A stretch of 51,822 bases of DNA from Nitrospira sp. (GTDB lineage Bacteria; UBA10199; SBBF01). The stretch is taken from positions 1 through 51,822 of the forward strand of contig SBBF01000083.1 in the NCBI GenBank assembly GCA_005240075.1, in the 5' to 3' direction. The notes beneath the pieces are model-generated. The model saw nothing but the letters and a program-made list of their open reading frames with translations, was not told the origin of the DNA and ran no database searches. Shown here one piece after another: positions 20,303-28,222 of this stretch (position 1 is the stretch's first letter; each line of letters starts with the position of its first letter). The position numbers were made by a program, and so were the translations under genes.

Positions 20303-21518
20303 AATCATGGGGATACGAAAAGGCCTGATAAACCAGTTCCGGCTTAAACAGGGTCGACAACAAGCCATTATCCTGAAAAGAGGCCTCTTGGGCAAAGCGA
20401 TGGCATAATCTTTCTCCAATGAGAGTGGCAAGCCTTCTTCCAATGCGGGGGAGCAAAACCAGAATCTCCCCCTTTTTGCCCTGCGCGATAAAATCGGAAG
20501 AGCGGACCCTGTTTTGAACAAAAAGTCCCAGTGTCATTTCCAGACTATGGGTAAAAATTTCGCCGAATTTATCGGTGTAGGCATTTAACGATGCCAACGC
20601 CAGTTTGAGAATTGAAAACTCTTCCCCCCGACGCAGAGCCAGTGTCTGTTCTTTTTTGGCAACTTGAATAAAGGTGTCCCGAAGAAAAAGTCCTGTTTTT
20701 TGATCCCGGCAGATTTCCAGACGAAGGCGTCGTTTTTCATAAATGGTCTCCAAAAGCTCATACAGCAGAAAATCGAAATTTTCTACTGAATAAACCACCG
20801 GCTTGACATGGTTGTATTTAAGAATCTTTTCCGGAATGGCTCCCCCTTTTTCTTCTGAAACCATGAAAACAGGTAAAACAAAAGGAGTAGTAAATTCGTT
20901 GATTTCATTCAGAAGGCTCTCTCCCCCATTTTCCAATTCAGAAAAATCACACAACAGAGCTTCCGGATGATCGCATTGAATGGGATTTTGAATATCATTG
21001 ATCAGTGAAAGAATTTTGATCCGGATCCCGTAGTTTCGAAGGAGCATTTCAAGATGAGACAACAAATAGGTTTTTTTGGAGATCACCCCAATGCAAGGTT
21101 GATAGGAGGTATAGCGCTCATTTAAAATGTTAATGACTTTGTCCTGAAAATCTTTTTTAACCACCGGGCCGCGAAAAAAATGCGCCAGCGGCCAACCGCT
21201 GTTTCGATGACATCGAATCTCGTTGAGGGAGTCGCAGACTATCAGGGAAATGATTCCCCATCGGGCTAATGTTTCCTTTAAACAGACCAACTCCCCCTCT
21301 CCTCTTCCATCAAGCAGTTTTCCTTCAATAATAACCATTTGGGGGCGTTGAGCCAAAATCCAGCAATGAAATTCATTGAGGTCAGAGTAATTTGAAAACC
21401 GATAAGGATAAATTTCTTCCAACGAAGTGAGATGATGAATCAGTGAATTTTCAGAGTAGACACCGATATCCTCCGTCAGCCATTTTTTAAGGTCTTTTCC
21501 TTCAATTTCCAATGACAT
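20220..21518 (-). CDS. Degenerate GGDEF-domain protein with receiver-like N-terminal domains
   Basis: DQKTGL...TDKFG...RSSDFIAQGKKGEILVLLP aligns to GGDEF with the active site replaced by KKGEI. The N-terminal regions loosely resemble REC domains. Confidence 0.7.
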   Translation of the reverse strand: MSLEIEGKDLKKWLTEDIGVYSENSLIHHLTSLEEIYPYRFSNYSDLNEFHCWILAQRPQMVIIEGKLLDGRGEGELVCLKETLARWGIISLIVCDSLNEIRCHRNSGWPLAHFFRGPVVKKDFQDKVINILNERYTSYQPCIGVISKKTYLLSHLEMLLRNYGIRIKILSLINDIQNPIQCDHPEALLCDFSELENGGESLLNEINEFTTPFVLPVFMVSEEKGGAIPEKILKYNHVKPVVYSVENFDFLLYELLETIYEKRRLRLEICRDQKTGLFLRDTFIQVAKKEQTLALRRGEEFSILKLALASLNAYTDKFGEIFTHSLEMTLGLFVQNRVRSSDFIAQGKKGEILVLLPRIGRRLATLIGERLCHRFAQEASFQDNGLLSTLFKPELVYQAFSYPHDFRTSDDLIAAIDGAGIYGQEQEKLKTG

Positions 21519-21598
21519 ACCCCCCCCTCTCTGATGGGGAATATTTCCCCCTCACCCCTCAGGTAGTCATTTACATTTTCGTCGTTCTTTGATTATAC

Positions 21599-21648
21599 AA
21601 AAATTGACATTCTTTTGGATAGTCAAAAATTAAACGATGTCAATTTTT
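21599..21648. promoter_or_regulatory. 12-bp perfect inverted repeat in divergent promoter region
   Basis: AAAAATTGACAT (21599-21610) and ATGTCAATTTTT (21637-21648), 26-nt spacer; each arm contains TTGACA. Confidence 0.5.
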
Positions 21649-21763
21649 CATTAGTTTGACTGACGCAGTGCGAACTACTCATAATTAATAGGTTTTTAAC
21701 TCGCTTTTTTTGACTCTGAGCGTTAAACTTGACTGTTAAATTTTAACCCAAAGCGTCATCAAA

Positions 21764-24202
21764 ATGAAATCGTTGAATCTATCTAAAATCTTTGATCTTT
21801 CAGCAAATCCATCTGAAGCCCATCTCGAATGGGAGCAATTTCTTGGCTCTTCCAAAAAAATTCCCCAAAAATATTGGGAACATTGCTTGAAAATTTTTGG
21901 AAATTCAAAATTTCTGGCCCGCTATCTCATTCGCCACCCGGAAGCGGTAGTTGATCTGGCTTGCTCCCCTTATCGTGCAAAACAAAAATCTTTTTCCCTG
22001 TTTAAGAATGAACTTGAAAAAATCAAGGAGTTTTCGCAAATCCGAAAATATAAATACCAGGAACTTCTGCGGATAACCATCAGGGATCTGGAGGGGGAAA
22101 AAACATCGGTTATCCTGGCTGAGCTTTCTTCGCTGGCTTTCGCCATTCTTCAAACAGTCGACCGTTTTCTCCGTTCTCCCCATCCGATTCCGTACGCTCT
22201 TCTGGCCATGGGAAAACTGGGGGGATGGGAACTTAATTACAGTTCCGATATCGATCTTTTGGCTGTCATGGGAAACGGGATGGAAAATAAAAGGGACCCA
22301 CGCGAATTTTATACAAAACATCTCCAACAATTGACCCATCACCTTCAGCAAAACAGCGACTCAAGCTTCTTGTACCGCGTTGACTGGGATTTGCGACCCG
22401 ACGGAAAAGGGAGTCCCCTGATCAACTCGCTCGATTCCCTGGAACATTATTATTCAGCCCGCGGCGCGGAATGGGAGCGTCAGGCACTCACCAAATGTGC
22501 CCCCGCCTCGGGAGATTCGGTATTAGCGAAGCAATTTATAAAAAACATCGAATGGTTTGTGTATCAAAGATCAATCAACCTTCAAAGCATCCGCCAAATG
22601 ATTGAAATGAAAAACAGGATTCATGAAGATTTGGCCCGAAAAAAAACAAGGGGTTATCATGTGAAACTGGGAAAAGGGGGAATCCGCGAGGTTGAATTTT
22701 TTGTTCAAAGTTTTTTGCTCATCTACGGCGGGTCAAAAGAGAGGCTCCGTCATACCAACACGCTGGTTCAACTTCAGCGATTATCCGATGAAAGGCTCAT
22801 CAGCCCAAAAGACGCCGATGTTTTGAGGGAAGGTTATCTCTTTTTGAGAAAATTGGAAAACCGGCTTCAAATGGTCGAGGAAAGACAAACCCATATTCTG
22901 GGCCCTTCGGATGAGGAAAAATTGGGAATGGCCCGCCGGATGGGGTACGCAAATAAAAATCCTGAAGAGGCTCTTTTAGAATTCAAGAAAGCACTGGAAG
23001 GGCATACCGGCCGAATTAATCAACTCTTTGAACAACTTTTTCGTGATGTTCCCCGTGAATCGTCAAAATTTGTTTCAGAGCGGAGGATGGAGGAGAACCC
23101 GGTTTCTCCCTACCGGCAAAGGTTGTCAGCCAGGCTGAACCGGTGGCCCCATCGGGAAAATCAGATTGACGAGGTCAGGTACTTCAAGAGGGATGAGCTT
23201 AAAACCATTTCAGAACTGGAAAAAAATGAGGAAATTCCCCGGGCAGAAATCTGCCGGCGGATCTCCCTGACTGCTGAAGCGGTCATGCTGGAAAACTTGA
23301 AAGTCGCCACCGAGGAGTGTCAAATCCGTTATGGAATTCCAACCTCATCCCACCTTTCATGCCTTTGCATGGGAAAACTGGGAGGGAGGGAGATTTCCTA
23401 TTCCTCCGACCTCGATCTGATTTTTGTCTTTTCAGAAAACGGAGAAACCAGTGGCCCGACGGTGATTGCCAATTCCGAGTTCTTTGCCCGGGTTGTCCAG
23501 AAATTCATTTTCCTCATGACTCTGACAACCCGGGCAGGATCAGCCTATTCCATCGACATGGAACTTCGCCCCTCCGGTCATTTCGGACCTCTGGTCACCA
23601 GTCTTTCCGGTTTTCTGGATTACCAAAAAAAATCTTCCCAGATTTGGGAGAAACAGGCTCTCCTGAAGGCGCGTCCACTCGATTTGGCCCTCCCCTTTGA
23701 TCGACTGCTGGAAAGGCATTTGGACGCCCTCCTCTTTCATAAAAACTATTCCCCTTCGATTCGTCATGAGATGAACCGCTTGCGTAGCCGGGTTGAGAAA
23801 GAAATAGCCAGGGAAGGGCAAGAATTTTTTGACATGAAAGGGGGACGCGGAGGGATGATGGATATCGAGTTCATCCTTCAGTTTTTTCAGCTCCGATACG
23901 GAGCGGAGCTTCCCGCTTTAAGGAGCCCTAATACTTTTACAGGGCTGAAGCAGTTATACGAAACAAACATACTCAACCTTGCCGACACGAGCGCTCTGGA
24001 GGAAATTTATACCTTCTACCGCACCTGGGAAGCCAAAGTTCAGCTCAAGAAATCAAGATCAATCCACCGTTTCAGAGTTCATGATCCTTTCTTGGGGGAG
24101 ATCGCCGTTGATTTAGGCCTTGACACAGGGGAACGCTTGCTTGATCACTATTTCTCGTACCGCGAAATCGTCAGGAAAATTTATAATAAGGTCTTTGATT
24201 GA
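21764..24202 (+). CDS. glnE: Bifunctional glutamine synthetase adenylyltransferase / adenylyl-removing enzyme
   Basis: Two nucleotidyltransferase motifs MGKLGGWELNYSSDIDL and MGKLGGREISYSSDLDL; DLRPDG and ELRPSG; WERQA and WEKQA; KLGKGGIREVEF. Confidence 0.92.
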   Translation: MKSLNLSKIFDLSANPSEAHLEWEQFLGSSKKIPQKYWEHCLKIFGNSKFLARYLIRHPEAVVDLACSPYRAKQKSFSLFKNELEKIKEFSQIRKYKYQELLRITIRDLEGEKTSVILAELSSLAFAILQTVDRFLRSPHPIPYALLAMGKLGGWELNYSSDIDLLAVMGNGMENKRDPREFYTKHLQQLTHHLQQNSDSSFLYRVDWDLRPDGKGSPLINSLDSLEHYYSARGAEWERQALTKCAPASGDSVLAKQFIKNIEWFVYQRSINLQSIRQMIEMKNRIHEDLARKKTRGYHVKLGKGGIREVEFFVQSFLLIYGGSKERLRHTNTLVQLQRLSDERLISPKDADVLREGYLFLRKLENRLQMVEERQTHILGPSDEEKLGMARRMGYANKNPEEALLEFKKALEGHTGRINQLFEQLFRDVPRESSKFVSERRMEENPVSPYRQRLSARLNRWPHRENQIDEVRYFKRDELKTISELEKNEEIPRAEICRRISLTAEAVMLENLKVATEECQIRYGIPTSSHLSCLCMGKLGGREISYSSDLDLIFVFSENGETSGPTVIANSEFFARVVQKFIFLMTLTTRAGSAYSIDMELRPSGHFGPLVTSLSGFLDYQKKSSQIWEKQALLKARPLDLALPFDRLLERHLDALLFHKNYSPSIRHEMNRLRSRVEKEIAREGQEFFDMKGGRGGMMDIEFILQFFQLRYGAELPALRSPNTFTGLKQLYETNILNLADTSALEEIYTFYRTWEAKVQLKKSRSIHRFRVHDPFLGEIAVDLGLDTGERLLDHYFSYREIVRKIYNKVFD

Positions 24203-25434
24203 TGCTTGATGTTATTAACAATCTTCTGATCCAGAAAAAAGATTCCGTTTCTGAGTGGATGGAAAACCAGGCCCGGGGGTTGATCTTCCCGATCACTCTG
24301 TCGTGCGACATCCGTCATGCCGGATTCAAAATGGGGGTTGTCGACACGAATCTCTTTCCCGCCGGATTTAACAATTTGTGCAACTCTTTTTCCCGCGCCA
24401 CGACAGAGGCCTTTAAAAAAACCCTTCACGAACACCATCCCCAGGTTCACAAAATTCTGGTTTATGGGGAGGAACACACGCGAAACAAATTTTATCTGAA
24501 AAATATCCGATCATTACAGAAACTTCTTCACCTGGCCGGTTTTCAGGCCCGGATTGGAGTTTTGGGGGATTTTATTCCTGCGAAGAGGCTGGAGATTGAT
24601 CTGGAGGGGGAAACCGTTATTCTTGAAAAAATAGAGAGAGATAGAAATCTTCTTAAACTGGAAAATTTCGCTCCTGATATGATCCTTTCCAACAATGATT
24701 TTTCGCTGGGGCTCCCCCCCCTTTTTCAAGGCATTGAACAGCCCATTATTCCCTCTCCCAAACTGGGGTGGCAAATACGAACCAAAAGCGGTCATTTCGA
24801 TATTTTGAGCAAATTGTTGGGGGAATTCTGCAAAACATTTGAGATCGATCCCTGGTTATTACAGCCATTGTGCGATTTGGTCCCCTCCATTGATTTCAAC
24901 GACAAAAAATCATTAGAGAGTCTCGCACAGCATATGGAATCTCTTCTCGACCGGATTCGTCAAAAATACAGAGAATACAAAATCGAGGAAACCCCTTATG
25001 TCTTCCTGAAAAATAATGCGGGAACTTACGGAATGGGGCTGGCCTCCTTTTTTTCCGGTGATGAGGTTTTGAATTTGAACAGCCGTCAAAAAAACAAACT
25101 CCTCTCTTCCAAGGGAAAAGCCCCCATTAATAGTTATCTGATTCAGGAGGGGATCCCCACCGTCGATACTTACAGCGGCTATCCTATTGAACCGGTCATT
25201 TATGCAGTCGGTGGAAAAGATATCGGTGGATTTTTTAGAATTCACGAATCCAAAAATGCCTTTGAAAGTTTGAATGCCCCTGGGATGACCTTTTCCTGTC
25301 TTTGCCTTCACAAACTAACCGAACCACATGAAGATTTTTTTCTGGATTGTCAACAAAAGGAAAGTGTTGTCAATCTCTCCCGATTTTTGACCCGAATGGC
25401 CTCCCTCGCGGCGGCGCGGGAAGTCGTTGGCTAA
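24202..25434 (+). CDS. gshA: Glutamate-cysteine ligase (ATP-grasp-like GshA type)
   Basis: SCDIRHAGFK..VDTNLFPAGFNNL, EEHTRNKFY, KNNAGTYGMG, IQEGIPT, EPVIY, GGFFR, LNAPG. ATG overlaps the glnE TGA. Confidence 0.85.
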   Translation: MLDVINNLLIQKKDSVSEWMENQARGLIFPITLSCDIRHAGFKMGVVDTNLFPAGFNNLCNSFSRATTEAFKKTLHEHHPQVHKILVYGEEHTRNKFYLKNIRSLQKLLHLAGFQARIGVLGDFIPAKRLEIDLEGETVILEKIERDRNLLKLENFAPDMILSNNDFSLGLPPLFQGIEQPIIPSPKLGWQIRTKSGHFDILSKLLGEFCKTFEIDPWLLQPLCDLVPSIDFNDKKSLESLAQHMESLLDRIRQKYREYKIEETPYVFLKNNAGTYGMGLASFFSGDEVLNLNSRQKNKLLSSKGKAPINSYLIQEGIPTVDTYSGYPIEPVIYAVGGKDIGGFFRIHESKNAFESLNAPGMTFSCLCLHKLTEPHEDFFLDCQQKESVVNLSRFLTRMASLAAAREVVG

Positions 25435-26759
25435 ATCAGACTGACCTCCAACGCAGGAGCGGAATAATCAGTCACCCTGAATTTATGGTCAATCTGATGC
25501 CCCACCAGGCAGACGATTTCCTCCCCGCGGGATTCTGATTGCTGGACAATGACCGGAATGGAGTGCCGCTCAAAACGGGGGATTTTTTGATCAGTGAAAA
25601 AATCGGAAAGTTTTTTGGTTCCCTGCATACCGAAAGGAATAAAGCGATCCCCGGGGCGGGGAAAACGGACGATCAGAGAATCATGAAGCTGTTGGGGGTT
25701 GACGAAAAGTCGGGAGCCTTTTTCAAACCGTTTTTCCTGAATCATCAGTTTTTTGTTAAGAGGGGAAATCGAATAAAGGCCCGGTCCATCCAAAGGAGCC
25801 TGCCAGGTTGAATCAAACGGGGGGGGGATTAAAAATGAAAAATGACTTCTTCTTTTTTCAAAGAGACAATCTCCAAACAGACGGCGAAGATCCTTCTTTT
25901 TTTTCAGCAATCCTTCAATTTCCTCGAAATGGGAGGAGAGAACCTGTTTTTTAAAGCCCCCTTTTTTCAGCCCTTTTTCAATTACAAAAAAACGGGCCGG
26001 TTCAGGGAGCAAAAAATAATCGTCAAGCGTCACCATCCCCGATTCTTTCTGAAGCAGATCATTTCCCATCGATTCATAAATCCGGTTTTCCCCAGCCAAC
26101 ACTTTTGTCATAACAGAAATATCATCCAGAAAAGCAGGATGTTGATTCAAGACAAAAGGGAGAAGGTAATGACGAACGCGATTTCGACAATAATCATCGG
26201 AAGCGTTGGATGAATCTTGCACATAAGAAATTTTTTGTTGGACTGCAAACTCTTCGATACGAAACCGCGGGATTTCCAAAAGAGGACGGATCAGCTTCAA
26301 ATCAGGAGTCAACAATGTGACAGGCTCCATTCCCTTTAAACCACGCAGACCGGCCCCCCTCAACAAATTCATGAGAACCGTTTCCGCCTGATCATTGGCC
26401 TGATGGGCAGTCATGATCCATTGCCACCCCTTCTCCCTGGCAAGCCTGATCGTTGTCTCTCTCCTGATTTCCCGCGCCTTCTCCTGAATCCCCCCCTTCC
26501 TCTTCTCGATCGGAGAAGAAAAACTCAAAAAAGGAAAACCCCTTCGAGAGGTTTCTGTTCTTACAAACTTTTCATCCCGGTCAGATTCTTTTCCTCTCAA
26601 GTGAAAATGGAAATGAATTATGGTAACGCTGTTCTTTTCAGCACTGAAATAACGGGAAAGCAATTCCAGCAAAACCATGGAATCAACCCCACCGGAGACG
26701 AGACAACCCCCCGGACCGTCCAAATTAAAACCTTGAAAAATGGATGAATAATTAATCAT
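25431..26759 (-). CDS. tilS: tRNA(Ile)-lysidine synthetase
   Basis: PP-loop SGGVDS, AHQANDQAETVL, LIRPLL, DSSN...RNRVRH, C-terminal KKLSDFF.D.KIP. Start moved to ATG 26759. Confidence 0.92.
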   Translation of the reverse strand: MINYSSIFQGFNLDGPGGCLVSGGVDSMVLLELLSRYFSAEKNSVTIIHFHFHLRGKESDRDEKFVRTETSRRGFPFLSFSSPIEKRKGGIQEKAREIRRETTIRLAREKGWQWIMTAHQANDQAETVLMNLLRGAGLRGLKGMEPVTLLTPDLKLIRPLLEIPRFRIEEFAVQQKISYVQDSSNASDDYCRNRVRHYLLPFVLNQHPAFLDDISVMTKVLAGENRIYESMGNDLLQKESGMVTLDDYFLLPEPARFFVIEKGLKKGGFKKQVLSSHFEEIEGLLKKKKDLRRLFGDCLFEKRRSHFSFLIPPPFDSTWQAPLDGPGLYSISPLNKKLMIQEKRFEKGSRLFVNPQQLHDSLIVRFPRPGDRFIPFGMQGTKKLSDFFTDQKIPRFERHSIPVIVQQSESRGEEIVCLVGHQIDHKFRVTDYSAPALEVSLI

Positions 26760-26767
26760 AATGACCC

Positions 26768-27334
26768 ATGAAGAAAAAACATCTTCTTTATATAGATCAC
26801 AACGATTTTCATTATCAACTTTTATGTGGGGTGCTCGGTTCTTCATCCCCCTCTTTCCACATCACGAGAATTGCGGATGCGACCCAGGCCAGAAAAATGT
26901 TCGGGTCACGTCGTTTCGATCTTGTTTTGACGGAATTTGAGCCTCCTGGAACCGGTGGCGAATGGATCCGGGAGCTTAAACGATGCGTCAAGGGGCTTCC
27001 GGTGGTTGTGCTTTCATCCCTGACCGATCAGGGGAAGGCTGTTCAATCGATCAAGATGGGAGCGGAGGATTTCATCGTCAAAAACAGAAAAAATCTGAGA
27101 AACCTTCGTCCCTTGCTGGTCCGTATTTTAGCAAAGAAAAGAAAAAAGGAGCCATCAGCTCAGTTTAAAGTAGGCACGGTGAATCGCTTGATGAAAAACT
27201 TAAAAAACATGGTTGAGCTCATCAACGATCCGGCAAAAAGCTTTGAAATGGGAAAAAATTACTTGAAACAAATCGTTCTTCTGGAATCTGAACTGGAGCG
27301 GATCAAAACGATGATGAAAAACTGGGTCAGCTAG
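26768..27334 (+). CDS. Atypical response-regulator receiver protein with C-terminal helical extension
   Basis: FDLVLTEFEPP (Glu at the phospho-Asp position), PVVVLS, GAEDFIVK; acidic pocket degenerate (IDHN). Confidence 0.75.
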   Translation: MKKKHLLYIDHNDFHYQLLCGVLGSSSPSFHITRIADATQARKMFGSRRFDLVLTEFEPPGTGGEWIRELKRCVKGLPVVVLSSLTDQGKAVQSIKMGAEDFIVKNRKNLRNLRPLLVRILAKKRKKEPSAQFKVGTVNRLMKNLKNMVELINDPAKSFEMGKNYLKQIVLLESELERIKTMMKNWVS

Positions 27335-28218
27335 ACAGTGGGAACACAAGCCCCCGATATCCTGTTTCTTCCCCCTTCCTTTGATTGGTAGAGATACGTG
27401 TCAGCTTCCGCAATCAGGGCCTGATAATCCTTGAGCCCCTCATGCAGGCTTGAAATGCCGCAGGAAATGGTTACCGGCAATTTTTTTTCCTCATAAACAA
27501 ACTCGCTTTGCTCAATAATTTTCCGGATTCGTTCGGCCAGGTTCACGGCGTTCTGGCATTCCGTATCCCGCATCAGGATCACAAATTCTTCCCCCCCATA
27601 ACGGCAGAAGATGTCATGCGTCCTGATTATCTTGGAAACATAAGCTCCCAGCTTTTGCAAAACAAAGTCTCCCGCCAAATGGCCGTAGCCGTCGTTTATT
27701 TTTTTGAAATGATCGATGTCAAAGAGAATAATGGAAAGATGGCGCTGCGACCGTTTGGCAAATGAAAATTCCTCGCGGATGCGGTCCAAAAAATAGCGCT
27801 TGTTGTGGGTATTGGTAACCGGGTCCATCACCCCCATTTCATACCGCTTTTTCTCGGAGAGGCTCTGCGTTTCATCGAGGTAGGAAAATTCAAGAATCGT
27901 GTCCCGCGAAATCTGGATTTTGTCCCCATCGGACAATTTTTTTTCAGATACTTTTTCCCCGTTCACTAGTGTCCCGTTGGTTGATCCGGTATCCTTTAAA
28001 CTGACCCCCTTTCCCGCAATCTGGAGACAAAAATGCTTTCGGGAAATGGCTCCGTCCTCAATCCACAAGTCGCAATCAGGGGATCGCCCCACCGTTATTT
28101 CATTCTTTTCGAGGAGAACCAGCTCCCCCATGCGCGGACCCCAAATAAACGTCAGATAAGGCTTTTTTTCGTTCTCCTGCTCAATAGAATCAAAAGATGT
28201 AACCACCGTTTCGTCCAT
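27331..28218 (-). CDS. FHA-GGDEF diguanylate cyclase (DgcB-like architecture)
   Basis: FHA motifs VGRS, ISRKH, DTGSTNGTLVNG; GGDEF motifs DIDHFKKIND.YGHLAGD and RTHD..CRYGGEEF; short N-terminal tail DETVVT. Start moved to ATG 28218. Confidence 0.88.
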   Translation of the reverse strand: MDETVVTSFDSIEQENEKKPYLTFIWGPRMGELVLLEKNEITVGRSPDCDLWIEDGAISRKHFCLQIAGKGVSLKDTGSTNGTLVNGEKVSEKKLSDGDKIQISRDTILEFSYLDETQSLSEKKRYEMGVMDPVTNTHNKRYFLDRIREEFSFAKRSQRHLSIILFDIDHFKKINDGYGHLAGDFVLQKLGAYVSKIIRTHDIFCRYGGEEFVILMRDTECQNAVNLAERIRKIIEQSEFVYEEKKLPVTISCGISSLHEGLKDYQALIAEADTYLYQSKEGGRNRISGACVPTV

Positions 28219-28222
28219 TGGC

